A stretch of 61,078 nt of DNA, filler included, from Globobulimina sp. (taxonomy: Eukaryota), in assembly GCA_003354225.1 (NCBI GenBank). It is 18 parts of 18 records of this genome, joined end to end, with 100 filler letters (N's around TTAATTAATTAA, not from the genome) between each part and the next. Parts side by side here need not be neighbours in the genome. Positions count along the whole stretch, not along the records: positions 23,808 to 27,106 come from PIVH01003151.1; positions 27,207 to 30,505 come from PIVH01003152.1; positions 30,606 to 33,903 come from PIVH01003153.1; positions 34,004 to 37,301 come from PIVH01003154.1; 14 more parts are not named here. One strand, written 5' to 3'. The notes beneath the pieces were generated by a model that did no database searches, was not told where the DNA came from, and saw only the letters and a list, made by a program, of their open reading frames with translations. Both the position numbers and the translations under genes were made by a program. Shown in pieces: positions 23,954-36,494 of the stretch; position 1 is the stretch's first letter; each line of letters opens with the position of its first letter.

Positions 23954-26506
23954 CTACACTACTGCTGTAACTTGACCTTCATTTTCAAAATGACCTTCAT
24001 TTTTTTCATTTTTATTCTGTTTCTTATGTGAGCCAATTGCAACTAATTTATGTATTTCATTCATAATCGATTTTTTATGTTTAAATGCTTTGATACCAAA
24101 TCTATCCAAATCGTTTGTATTTAAATCGCTCAAATCTGACCCTTTCACTTGTTCCTCTTTTAATTTATTCCGTAATGCTTTTTTATATATTTTATATTCT
24201 TCATTCAAACCAATTATCCAATCTGTAATATTTTCATAGCCCCAATTTCTATAATTTTTTGTGTTACTGTATAGTGTGTCGTATTTATTATTAACTGCTC
24301 GGAGTTGCAGTTGCAATCCTTTGCATTCTTCATTTAACATTCCATTTTCTTGTCTAAATTTATGCATTTCATTTTTATACTCTTTTAGTTTATTGCTTAA
24401 CGCATCAACTTTTTTCTGTTGTTCTTCTCTTAATTTGGTTAATCGTACAATTTCTTCTTGAACTTTTTGATACAACGTATTGATTCTTTTATTGTTGCAT
24501 CGTTGGTCCTCAATGGTTTTTGCTAAATAAGCCACTAAGACTTTTAAATCAAACTTATTGTGATTAAATAAGTCAATTAATTCCCTTTCAGAGAAATAAT
24601 ATGTCCACAAATCTAAATATCGCTTCAACGAATCTGGTTTCATTGATTTTAAAACCGGGGCACAAATTACAATAAATCTCTTTTGTCCAATCAAATATTC
24701 ATTTTTTAAAATTGCATTTTGAATAAAAGTACAGTCCATAAATTGTATACAATCAGTATATAAATCAAAAAATTCATTGGATTTTTGCGCATCCAATATT
24801 TTTAATATTACATTTGCTAAATAGGCCACCAATACTTTTAAATCGAACTTATTGTTATTAAACAAATAAATTAATTCCCTTTCAGAGAAATGATGTGTCC
24901 ACAAATCTAAATATGGCTTCAACAAATCCGGTTTCATTGATTTTAAAACCGGGGCACAAATTACAATAAATCTCTTTTGTCGAATCAAATGTTCGTTTTG
25001 TAAAATTGCATTTTTAATACATGTACAGCTCATAAATTGTATACAATCAGTATATAAATCAAAAAATTGTTTTGATTTTTGTTCATCAGATATTTTTAAT
25101 ATAACAACACAGAATTTATTTAAGATTTTTTTTAATAATACAATCCAAATTTTATCAATGCCCGACATTTTCCAATGTAAACAACGCACAAACTTGAGCC
25201 ATATTTGATAATCACTGTCAATAATGACAGAGCCAAAAATAAAGGTTTCATATTTAACTAACATATGATACAAATCATTTACATCCATTACGTAAGCAAT
25301 CACATCAAATAATTTATTTTGCCTTTGTTTCAAATTCAATTTTTTTAAATGTCCAAAAACATGATCCATCAACAAATCAGTTAACAAAAATTCTTTATGT
25401 GGCAAACCTATTAATCTTTGATCCAACTCAATCACAGTCAATAAATCGTCAAAAGTAAGTTGCGATTTTGCGATTTGTAATTGTTTGACAAGTTGTGTGA
25501 AGGGGTTATGTGCGTTTTTATACACGCAACAAATCACATTGTACCACAATAAATAATAATATGATTTTACAGAGGAAATATCTTTAACTTTACAGAGGAA
25601 ATTCTTCCTTATTTTCAATAACAATGAATGTTTAACTTGATCAATTAATGTGGTATCTTGATTATAATTGAATATAACACGTAATAAAGTAATCAATTTT
25701 TTATCAATAATCAGTTCTTGTAATTTATCATATGCTGTTTGTAGCGATTCATTTAAATCAAAGCAATTGTGTTCTTTGCTGGTACTGCAGGCGCATAAAA
25801 GCACAAATAATGATATCAAACATTCGCACGCTGTTTTTTTTTGCATTGTGATTCTTGACCGCAGTGACACTAGAAATGTCTGAACAGGAACATCGTTAAT
25901 ATATGACCAATTTAACTGTTTTTCGTCGGTCAGTAATTGATAGATAGCATTCAAAGTTTTCAACACTAAATACGGAGAACACTCCTTAGCGACATTGTAA
26001 AATAAATACTTCTCAAATTGGCCGATAAGCTCAACATAATACTCTGATTGTTTTACTTTATCATAAAACATGATTGACGCATTTGCTTCATTTGCTCGGC
26101 TGTCTAATAAATAGACAGCATCCTTCTTCGATATCTTCCAGACATATGCTGGTATACCGTGAGGTTTTATTGCTTTATGATTTGCAGACGAAGAGCCAAG
26201 AAATGTGCGATGTGTTATCTGTGTCCAATTTTGATTGCTGCGATCTCGGTGCAATATTTTTAGAAAAATGGTATCATTCTGTTTGTATCTTTCATCAATA
26301 ACTATTCTGTAGATGGAAAATGCTATCTTTCCATTTCTGCTGTGTGATAAGACTCTTTCCATTGTGGCTGTTTTGAATTGCTGAGACGATGAAATCGCGC
26401 GTGATGTCATGTATGAACTTGAATACTGTTTTAATTCAGCATTCGTGATATACCATATTGCAGTTGAGGATGACACATCATTTTTATTTTCATCCTCCAA
26501 ATCCAT
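23954..26506 (-). CDS. 850-aa protein with an internal 98-aa duplication, coiled coil and C-terminal SAM-like domain
   Basis: C-terminus YRNWGYENITDWII...EEQVKGSDLSDLNTNDLDRFGIKAFKHKKSIMNEIHKL fits the SAM pattern W...V..W...I.G..L..L...DL...GI. Confidence 0.75.
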   Translation of the reverse strand: MDLEDENKNDVSSSTAIWYITNAELKQYSSSYMTSRAISSSQQFKTATMERVLSHSRNGKIAFSIYRIVIDERYKQNDTIFLKILHRDRSNQNWTQITHRTFLGSSSANHKAIKPHGIPAYVWKISKKDAVYLLDSRANEANASIMFYDKVKQSEYYVELIGQFEKYLFYNVAKECSPYLVLKTLNAIYQLLTDEKQLNWSYINDVPVQTFLVSLRSRITMQKKTACECLISLFVLLCACSTSKEHNCFDLNESLQTAYDKLQELIIDKKLITLLRVIFNYNQDTTLIDQVKHSLLLKIRKNFLCKVKDISSVKSYYYLLWYNVICCVYKNAHNPFTQLVKQLQIAKSQLTFDDLLTVIELDQRLIGLPHKEFLLTDLLMDHVFGHLKKLNLKQRQNKLFDVIAYVMDVNDLYHMLVKYETFIFGSVIIDSDYQIWLKFVRCLHWKMSGIDKIWIVLLKKILNKFCVVILKISDEQKSKQFFDLYTDCIQFMSCTCIKNAILQNEHLIRQKRFIVICAPVLKSMKPDLLKPYLDLWTHHFSERELIYLFNNNKFDLKVLVAYLANVILKILDAQKSNEFFDLYTDCIQFMDCTFIQNAILKNEYLIGQKRFIVICAPVLKSMKPDSLKRYLDLWTYYFSERELIDLFNHNKFDLKVLVAYLAKTIEDQRCNNKRINTLYQKVQEEIVRLTKLREEQQKKVDALSNKLKEYKNEMHKFRQENGMLNEECKGLQLQLRAVNNKYDTLYSNTKNYRNWGYENITDWIIGLNEEYKIYKKALRNKLKEEQVKGSDLSDLNTNDLDRFGIKAFKHKKSIMNEIHKLVAIGSHKKQNKNEKNEGHFENEGQVTAVV
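24519..25102. repeat. Intragenic tandem duplication, period 294 bp
   Basis: Copies at about 24519-24808 and 24813-25102 are highly similar in DNA and protein. Confidence 0.9.
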
Positions 26507-26743
26507 GGTTGATTTAAACTTGAGTGCAAGTCAAGGACAAAATCTTCCATTTTAAAAGTTTATATTTCAAATGACATTGACATTTCTTCCCAGGAATAAA
26601 TAATTATAATCAATATCTATTTCACTGGCAATACACACTGACGGTAAAACAAGAAAAACTAACACTATAAATTGCGACAAAAATTCAAAAAAATGTTATT
26701 CTTGTTAAAAACTGTTAATTTATTTAATTACATTCTTCTCAAA

Positions 26744-27106
26744 TTAATGCGATACAACACCGCTTTTAAAATAGTGTGCAACCCAATGTATTTTCTCTTG
26801 CTGTACAATATTAATATACTGCTTGTTATCCGCCATAATTTTTTTTTTCCGAATAAATTTGTCAAATAGCTTTTTATTTATGGCAAACACAAATTGATCG
26901 TCATACTTTTTCAATATCCCCAAATCAGTCAAAGTGAACCAAATATCTTCAATTTGAAAGGACGTCTCATTTGCAAGTGTATGCAACGACAATTGATGGC
27001 AGGCATTGTCGTAATAATATTTCTCGATCACAATCAATAACTGCGAAGCCCAGAACTTTCGATATGATATCAATCCCAAATCAGACAACGGCGTCTCTGG
27101 CGTTCC
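26744..27106 (-). CDS. MYST-family histone acetyltransferase, C-terminal fragment
   Basis: GTPETPLSDLGLISYRKFW matches the MYST GxPEKPLSDLGxxSYRxYW motif, followed by the winged-helix segment ETSFQIEDIWFTLTDLG. Confidence 0.88.
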   Translation of the reverse strand, partial: GTPETPLSDLGLISYRKFWASQLLIVIEKYYYDNACHQLSLHTLANETSFQIEDIWFTLTDLGILKKYDDQFVFAINKKLFDKFIRKKKIMADNKQYINIVQQEKIHWVAHYFKSGVVSH

Positions 27107-27665
27107 NNNNNNNNNNNNNNNNNNNNNNNNNNNNNNNNNNNNNNNNNNNNTTAATTAATTAANNNNNNNNNNNNNNNNNNNNNNNNNNNNNNNNNNNNNN
27201 NNNNNNAGTGAGTGTAGCCATTAATATCATGGTTTGTTGCTTATGTCACAAAAAAACAGAAATCAAGCCAGTAAGAGATGATTCAACAATTGATTTTTAA
27301 CTTATTATTTATTATTATTTTTATTTTTTTCTTTATAATTTTTTTTTTTAAAGTCGATTGAATTATTAATTTTACATTCTTTGTATCCTCACACTCAGTG
27401 CACTACACAATTTCCCTTTATGTGCGAGGATAGAAAAAAATATTGTTAACTTTTGGTAAAATCGAGAATTGCATATTTTTTAAATGGTGTGACGTCACAT
27501 ATATACAAAAAGTGAGACGTATCAAAACAAAATTACACTATGTAAAATAAATTATAAACATAAATTATAAACTAAACCTACTATATATCTATTTAACACA
27601 TATTATATTATATATCAGGTTGAAATGATACAATTTTTTTACAGTGATGGCAGATGTGATATATG

Positions 27666-30505
27666 TTATGTTTGAGTAGGTGGAACATATAAATCCAATA
27701 ACTTTGAAGCTTTATTAAGTTGTTTATCCCTGATTTTAGGTGCAAATCCAAACTGTGGCGCAGTAGACAATGCTTGGGAAAACATGGATGATTGTTTTGG
27801 TCCGCAAATATCCATTTTGATAACATTGCCATCTCTATCTTTGACAGACCGCACAGTGCTCGAATCACTATCGATATCAAATACTGATTGCGCCTTAATT
27901 GCGTTTCTTGTAATAAATATATCTCCACTCATTGACTGTTCATAGTGTTCAGACTCCTCATCCTGTTCTACATCAACGTTATCGTCCCAAGCTCTTAAAT
28001 ATTCTTCAAAAGGAATAGAAACGTGGCCATATATTTGCTCATAAAAATCAGCCGTAGTTTTTTCCCGATCATACAACCACACTCCTTTTAGAACATCATC
28101 AGTGTCAAATTCATATAACATTGCCAGTTCAATCCATTTATGCCAATCCTCTTTATCTGACTCGTTCAATTCGTCGATATAATCATCTAAAATGTCACAA
28201 TCTACACTTCGTTTGCCATCAGAACCATCTTTATCTGTGCTGTAATATGACATATTTATCGCCGCTTTCTTGTCTGCAAAATGTGATGTACTCATTGACA
28301 ATTTAGAACGTATCACATTTTGTAAGATATTTTTCTGATTTTTTCGGGTTTGGCTCTGAATTTGTTTCTCTTTCCGTAACCTGTGTTTTTTTTCAATCTC
28401 CGCTTGTCGCGATTTCTTTTTATTTAATTCAGTGTGTTCGATGCGGACTGCTTCAAATTGGATAATGAATGCATCGAAAATAAAAGCAGTTAACACATTG
28501 GTTACTATCAATACAGAAACAAAATAAAATGAATAAAAATATAAATAAGCCCATGGCGATGACAGTTCTCTATACATTCGAGTGACTGCATGCCATTGAT
28601 TGACCACTGTCAGTTCCACCATCACCATCAATGTATTTGCTATATAATTCATATTATTATCATAGTAATAATTATCACGAATATATCCCCAAAATGATAT
28701 CCCGTCCACATCGTTCGCCTGGACCGCACCGTATAACTTCTCCAACGACGCTTCCTTTGTAACCAGGCCGCCATAACAAAACACGCCAATCACAGCATAT
28801 ATATAAAACACACAAAACTCCAAACTAAATAAGACGCCAACTTTGTTCAGCACAGTCACCGAAGTCGAGATTATTAATTTAAACCTTTCAATGGTGCCCA
28901 ACGCGCGAACAAATCTCAACAATCTAAATGCGACGATGCCGTTGGAATTGGATGGATTGAACGCATCGAACAACACCGACGCATAAACAACCACAAAATC
29001 CAATATATTGAACGCATCCTTTAAGAAATATTTGCCAAACGCAATAAAGCGCAGCGTCACCTCCATCACAAATAAGTATAGCAACGCATCCGAGAGCTGG
29101 TGAAAAGCAGCATGAGTATGAGTATAATCTGATAGCTGCAGCTCATAAATTACTATCAATGTCCCAATCCATACCAATAAATCTATGATTTTGCTGACAA
29201 TTTTATGCGTGAACATGCGATATAACAAAGCACGGAATCGCAGCCATGCAAAGGATATTTTTTTTGTAAATAAAAAGCAACATTGGCACTGCTTGCGATC
29301 TCCCACCACGCGAGCTTCATATTTGGGTAAGAACAGCTTTTGGCAGCAACCGCCATCCATACTGTACATATTCTTATCGCCCAAAATCAAAGTAAACATC
29401 ACATTGTCTTTGCTTTGTTTGATCCGAAATTCCACCGCATATGACGGGTTGCGAAATATTTCCACATTTACAAACTTATACAAATTCTGCCATCCTTCTC
29501 GAGAGATACCAATACCTTCATCGCGCTGCAACTTTACCGCTTGTGTTCTGGCTCTGGCCTCACACATTGCATTGTATAAAACGCGAGTCCTGCGAACGCA
29601 GATTCCCTTCCTTCGGAATTGTAAAAACCGCCGAAATAATGAAAAATAGATCTTTTCTGCATTAAAATCAATCGTTTCCACCTTTGCATCGTCCAATTGA
29701 TATGACGGTAATTGCAGCTCTTTACTAAATAGAACCATTTGTTTGAAGGCAGCGTCCAACGCTTTTGCTCGATTATTTGTCATCTTCCCAACAAAACGGG
29801 CATTGTCGCCGTGGAATTGATGATAAATGACTGCGAAAATTATGGACATTAAATAGTAAATACCAAATGCAATAAAAGCCACGAAGAAGAAGCCAGAGGT
29901 TTTATTTGCGTGGAAAGAGGGCATCATAACATCGGGATAGTTTGCAGTGGACATCAATACAAACAATGACAAATAACTGGAAAATAAGGTTTCAAAATTA
30001 ATATTTCCATCATCTTGCATCGATGTACAATCCGTGTCGTATGCTGCAGCTTCCACTGCTTCTTCATCGCAAGGCACATTTTGTGATGATACATGAACTC
30101 CTATTTACATATATATTATATAAACTGTTCACATTCCAACATTTGGCACTATAGAAATAAATACATACCAATTCCCATTTGTTGTTGCGAGAATAAAACA
30201 TATCCTAAAACAGCAAACATTAATATATATAAACAAACCAACAGTAAAACATCCAATACATTGGGGATGGAATTAAAAATAGATCGACATGTTGCTCTTA
30301 GAAATTGTGAACGTGTGATTAAGAAAATGGGTCTCAACACGGCACCAATTCGAAGCAGAAACCCATCCAAAATAAATTCATTCAATATAATCGATGCCAA
30401 CATATCAATACAATTCAATACGATACAGACAACAATCAATTTCGCCCAACTTAAATCCCAATAATTATCCGCATCATGCGATATATAATGCAAATATACA
30501 TCAAT
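27666..30505 (-). CDS. TPC: Two-pore calcium channel, 5'-incomplete (intron 30101-30168)
   Basis: S4 RIGAVLRPIFLI, pore 1 LFVLMSTANYPDVMMP, second S4 FRLLRFVR, pore 2 ELTVVNQWH, S6 NVLTAFIFDAF. A 68-bp GT-AG intron joins the two ORFs in frame. Confidence 0.9.
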
Positions 30506-30605
30506 NNNNNNNNNNNNNNNNNNNNNNNNNNNNNNNNNNNNNNNNNNNNTTAATTAATTAANNNNNNNNNNNNNNNNNNNNNNNNNNNNNNNNNNNNNNN
30601 NNNNN

Positions 30606-30794
30606 TGTTGAATAATATTCGACAGTTTGCTCATCCAATTTGACCACACAATATCCCCGATTTATTAACGAATCCGTATTGTTTTCGGCCAATAATGTTT
30701 CGATAAAAGAAGTTGGAACGGATGTGTTTGGTTCTTTGCCTGCCCATTCCGGCTGCTCTCCCAATTCAAATTGTTTTGTTTGCTGCGCTGCCAT
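30606..30794 (-). CDS. 5' fragment of a hypothetical protein (possibly the N-terminus of a 2OG-Fe oxygenase)
   Basis: ATG at 30794 with open frame to the contig end; DSLINRGYCVVKL is reminiscent of oxygenase N-termini. Confidence 0.45.
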
Positions 30795-30826
30795 TGGCAA
30801 AAAGAAAAAAGAAAAAAGAAAAGAAA

Positions 30827-30899
30827 AGCCAACAGCGAGATTCGAACTCGCGACCCTCTGCTTACGAAGCAGATGTAATAACCACTATGCTATGTTGGC
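30827..30899 (-). tRNA. tRNA-Thr(CGT): tRNA-Thr, anticodon CGT
   Basis: GCCAACA TAGCATAGTGGTTATTACA TCTGC-TTCGTAA-GCAGA GGGTC GCGAG-TTCGAAT-CTCGC TGTTGGC T forms a full cloverleaf with no encoded CCA, followed by oligo-T runs (Pol III terminator). Confidence 0.97.
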
Positions 30900-31103
30900 T
30901 TTGCACTGTTTATTTCTTTGCCATGCATGTCATATATAAACATATGCTTTTTTGCCGCCATGCAATTATGGGAACAAACAAGTCATTTACTTTAGGACAC
31001 TTTTATTTCGCACGGTACTATATTTCGTTGATATTTAATTTCGTAAATTGAAGTCAATTGCGAAATAAAACTAGAAACCCAAACAAACACAGTATATTAT
31101 TAA

Positions 31104-33688
31104 TTATTTGCAAGCATCGATATTTGTTCGAGTAAACACAACAAAGCCATATGATGTTTGAGGAACAGATATATTCATTTTGTTGTTCTGATTTACATTG
31201 ATATTTGTCACCAATTTCCCATTTAAATTCGGAACTTGATGCAATTCATCCAACTCCAACTTAACGCCATTTAAATTCATAGATGCCGATTTTAAAGTTG
31301 TTGCAGTTAATGACCACAAATAAATCTTTGTTGAATTTTGCAAGTTGGCAACAATATTTTCATCCAATTCCATATTAACTGTGCGAACAAATAAATTTAT
31401 ATATTGTATTACTATGCCATTCTTTATTTGTTGTGGCAAGATATTATCAATATTTCTCATCGGATATTTGCTATTTAAACACCGCGCATAAATCCGAAAA
31501 TGTTGCTGATTCGAATACATTCTGAGCACCTTTGAAGACATTAGATTTTTAGCCAACACCGCAGTAAAATAATCTGGATGTACCGTATCATAGTTGGAAT
31601 CGCTTGGAATTAAGCCGTATTGACCAGTATTCACCAAACTTTGTCGACAAATGCTGGAATGCCCCAAAGTACCCAACAAACCAAACACGTCCATATACCA
31701 AAAGCCATCAATATAGCTATTCAACAAAGAACTTTCTACGTTTTCTGCCGAATGATAGGCAATTTCGCCAGCAATGACATTATTTTTTATGCGGTTATAA
31801 TCAGTCATATTATCTGCACACAAATTATAATGTGTGCCATTATTAAATATATTGCTGACACGATTTGATATTTCGTACTGCCGATCCAACCATTCTGGTT
31901 TCAATTCTTTGCTGGAATCGCCACCAATATACACATGATACGTTAAACCCGTTAAAATCGGACAAGTTCTATTGACAAAGTCTGGATAATATGAAAAATT
32001 GCCTGAACCATATAAGGTTTTGCCAGAATTGTCAAATCCAAACAATTTAAAATAAAATGGATCATTTTTCATCTCATCATACCAGACCTCGCCAAGAATT
32101 TGATGCAATTCTAAAAAGGCATTTGCTTGCGGCCCAGCATCAGTTAGAGGCTTATCACTGACTTCATTGCCCAGTTCAAAGCCATAGATATCTTCGTTTG
32201 TATAATGCAAAATATCATGGAGATACCGCAAGAATTGATGAGTATTTGTAGAGTTCCAAGAGAATGAATCATTTTTGGGGTATTCTGGATATCCGAGCGA
32301 TAAACCAAAGACTAAAAAAGAACCCGTTTTCCTCGCAAATCGTACCAATTGTTCAAATTGCTGCATTGTGTAACAAACGTAAGGATGCGTTCCATTTACT
32401 GGCAAATGACACGGATTTTCATCCCCAACTTGATAGTACATATAATCCGCATACGTTCCCCCAACGCGTAGAATATTTGGCGATAACTGAGAAGCTAAAT
32501 AAATTAATTGTGGGTCACTTAGATTTACCTGTTTTTGGTTCACTGCTATTTGTGCAGAATCAATAGTGTATGATACAAATCTGTCACTCGTTGTGTTAAT
32601 TACTTCATTCTGCAAAGTTGCCGACACATTCATAGCAGCATAATATTTAATTTTGTCTACACTGTAAATACCAGCACCAGGGATCTTGGCTGAGGACGAA
32701 ATAATAAATGGCATGTTATTGATATCAAAATACGAAATAACGTTTTTACGGCAGAAGAAAGTGCCATTCTCATATTCTGTATTGGCGATGTACCAAATAT
32801 TATTTTCAAAGTCTATGCTCGAGACACCTTTGATACTGTCACATGGATAAAAATCATGGATCGCACCATACGAATGATACAGAGAGAAATCATTGGTATT
32901 GTACACATTCACTGTCATCTCACCGATGTTGTCGACGAGCTCTACTTTGGCGCCAATAATTTTGTTTCGATTTCTGTCGTAATCCAAGTAGGTAAAATTT
33001 GGGAAATGGACAACCTCATTTTGTTGAAGTATTTTCCCGTTTAATACATTTATGTGATACCATACCCAATTATGTGCATCGTAATAATGTGCAAACCAAA
33101 TTGTACTGCCCTCCGCATCAAATATGTGTGGTTGATGAACATAATTATCATTTAATAATAGATTAAAGTCGTAATAAGTTGCAATTTGCGTCAGGTTATA
33201 TGTTATTTAGTATATGGCAAAGAGTCGGAAGCATTGAACGAGATTTGATATAAATGGATATTTGTTGCATCTGCTATGGAGGTACCAATCACATATAAAT
33301 CTCCATTGGTTGGATTGCACGATAATAAGAAAGCGTTTTCTAAACCGGCATGAATTCGAAAATGTTGATTTAAGCCAATCGGAACTAATGATACATTGTT
33401 CAATAAATCATAAGAGGCAATGCCAACATTTGCTGGTACACTGCTAACATCTTGATATAAATAATAATATCTGGAATGTGTGCCATCATAACAAGTTAAT
33501 CCTGGATCTGTTCGTGTTCCTAATACGCGTTCCGAGTCGGGCTGAGCTACACTTTGTAGGGTATCACCCTGTAATGTAAGCTCTACCAATGACATATTTT
33601 TCATCATCAAATATAACGAGTCACTTCTTGAGCTGTGTATGCAAGCATATGCAAACACGATACCATATATAAACGATGAGGCGTCCAT
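31104..33688 (-). CDS. Secreted GH79 (heparanase/beta-glucuronidase-like) hydrolase with N-terminal beta-rich extension; one frameshift at about 33205
   Basis: LSPNILRVGGTYADY, LVFGL, FELGNEV (acid/base), LTYHVY, AGEIA (nucleophile), GFWYMD, RQSL...YGL...PDYF. Signal-peptide ORF 33203-33688 ends AAA TAA, while the downstream frame is already open from about 33206. Confidence 0.8.
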
Positions 33689-34003
33689 TTTAATTTTCTA
33701 CGACCAAAATATTGATTAATTGCTGTTTATTTAAATTTATTTGTTTAAATTAATTTTTCTTACTGTTCAGTGAAAAAAATAGTTTTACCATATCCATAAA
33801 TACAACATTCCACTCAAACATTTACAAATTGCATTCAAATCAATATCCATATGATATATTGATATATACAATTTACATATGCATGCATGTTTTACATCAG
33901 AGGNNNNNNNNNNNNNNNNNNNNNNNNNNNNNNNNNNNNNNNNNNNNTTAATTAATTAANNNNNNNNNNNNNNNNNNNNNNNNNNNNNNNNNNNNNNNNN
34001 NNN

Positions 34004-36403
34004 AAGATGCGTAGTTGGCATTGATAACGACACCATAGTCAGTGCCGAGAGAAAAAACGGCGAATTTATTTTATGGAAAAGAATGCAACAAAATGCCAAC
34101 CCCACCTCAACCAATGCAAACGACGACGACCAGGATGAAAAAATGCAAAATATGAACCCATCTGCACTTAAATTCGACGGTTCATTTATTTTTACCGACG
34201 ACAAGTTCCATCCATTAACATTTTGTGCAGTTAAACATAGATTAAAATCAGAGCCAGCCCGTCTTGTCTCCGGTGGCTCTGACCAAAGAGCAGTGATCTG
34301 GGACATTGATGGAAATATAATGCAACAATTAAGTGGACATACAAATAGCGTCAACTCCATTGATGTCACTGACGATGGCAATATCATCACTGGCTCGTAC
34401 GACTCGTATGTTCCATAGCATATATATCCATATCCTTGCACTCAAACTCTAGCCTTGATTTGTCATACAACACTGCGTGTTGCAGTACAGCAAAACTCTG
34501 GAACTCTGATGGAAAATGTATAGCCACATTGCAAGGACATCAGCACGGCGTCGAAGTGTGCAGCTTGCAAAGCGGAGAGATCGTGACTGGCACTTTTAAA
34601 TTATTCAACATCTGGAGCTCAGCAGGAAAATTAATCCGCACTGTAAAATTCGCACACGATCACATGATCCGCAAAGTGCGCCGCCATCCTTTGGGTTTCG
34701 TCACGTGCGGCAACGACGGATATGTCAACTTGTGGAGCAACACCGGCGACTCCATCCGCAAAGTATTAGCGCATCCAGAAAATGGAGAGATCCCTTCCTT
34801 TGTCTATGGTTTATACTGTCAGCCGAACGGGAATTGGATCTCTTGCGGCGAGGATGGCACAGTTAAAATATTCAGCACTGACGGCTTCTTGCAACAAAAC
34901 CTGAGACATCCCGGTGCAGTGTGGGACATTTCCATGCTGCCCAATGGCGATATTGTGACTGCCTGCGCTGACGGAGCAGTGCGTGTTTGGTCAAAGGATG
35001 TTGGACGACAGGCGGATATGGAGAGTGTGAAGGAGTATTACAACATGCTGCAAATGGCTAGACAGGCTCAGGGGGCGCAGCCTGTGAATAAAGAGCAGTT
35101 GGAAGCGTTTGAAGTGTTGAACCAACCGGGAAAGCCGGGCGAATTTAAGATGGTCGATGACCCCAAGCGGGGACCGTCAGTGTACCAATGGGATGGGAAT
35201 AAAATGGAATGGCAGTATATTGGAGAGATAATGGGGAAGCCGTCGGAGGATAAACGACCTCAAATTGATGGCGTGTACTATGATTTTGTGACACATATTG
35301 ATATCAATGGGGATAATTGTAAAGTGCCGCTGGGCTTTAATAAGGATGACGACCCTCGGCAGATTGCGCGCGATTTCTGCATCATTCATGGTATTGATTT
35401 AGATTTACATGTTAAGATTGAGCAGCATTTGAAGCCAATGGTCGATCCGGTGGCTCGGGCTGCGCGCGTTGAGAGGGAACGCATTGCAGCTTCGAGGAAG
35501 TTGCGGCATATTCCTAGTTTTAAAAAATGTGGTTACGAAATTGAGAGTAAATTGAAATTGGACAAAATGAAGAAGAAAATATTGGAATTGAATGCGGAAA
35601 TATTGGCCATGGCGGACGAGGATAACAAAGAAGAAAGTTATAAGCAATATGGTGTGGCGGATGTGAATGACTTAGAAGATTTATTTGGCATTTTACAGGA
35701 TCAAACCGTGTGGCATGTGGCACAATTTCCGGCGTATTGTTGCGAATTAATTGAACAGAAATTGTTGAAGTGGCCAACGGATAAAGTGTTGCCTATATTG
35801 GATATGCTACGAATGTTGATGTTGCATCAGGATGCTGTGGATAAATTAATTACTTATAATGGCTCCATTCGTGAAGCCATAATTGGACATATCAGCGATG
35901 ATGAATTGTGTGGCGGTGCGATGCAAATGATTGTGTCTCGATTGTTGTCCAATTATTTGGCAAAACGAAAGCGATCCAAAGAGGAACGGAATGAGAATAG
36001 ATATCCAGCGCAGATATTGGATTTCTTACAGGAGGCATTGTCGTTGATGTCATCGGCAGCGACGAATAAGAAATCATCGGTGCACATTGCATATATAATG
36101 TTGGCGCATAATACTTTAATATGGTTTGCTAAATTTAAAGTCGAAGAATGTGATTTGTATTTGGTAATAATATCTGCGGTGTTTGGCTCATTGACAGAGT
36201 TGCAAATAAATGACAGGATCTTATATTATGCAATGTCGTTGATTGGAACTTGTGCCTGGTCTTCCAAATCAGCAAAACAATCTATAATTGAAATATTTGA
36301 TGATCAGTTAAAAGGAATTATAAATAGAGCAAGGCATTCATCCTCAAATGCGGCGTGCAGAGAGGTTGGCAATGATTTATGGAATTTGTTTGAATTACAA
36401 TAA
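34004..36403 (+). CDS. PLAA: Phospholipase A2-activating protein / Doa1-Ufd3 (WD40-PFU-PUL), 5'-incomplete (intron 34406-34485)
   Basis: WD repeats (ITGSYDSTAKLW, SCGEDGTVKIF, DIVTACADGAVRVW), PFU (GVYYDFVTHIDI...LGFNKDDDP), PUL (LLKWPTDKVLPILDMLRML). An 80-bp GT-AG intron restores the frame. Confidence 0.92.
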
Positions 36404-36494
36404 TTTAATTTGTTTTTTTACTTTATTTCACAGGCTTTTTCATGTCATTTGCGTGTTTGTATTGACCCGCTGGACTTCAGCGCAAAAACAAAGG

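Noticed and set aside
30640-31051. Plus-strand ORFs spanning the tRNA
   Set aside because: They read through the antisense tRNA and its T-tract and show no coding signature.
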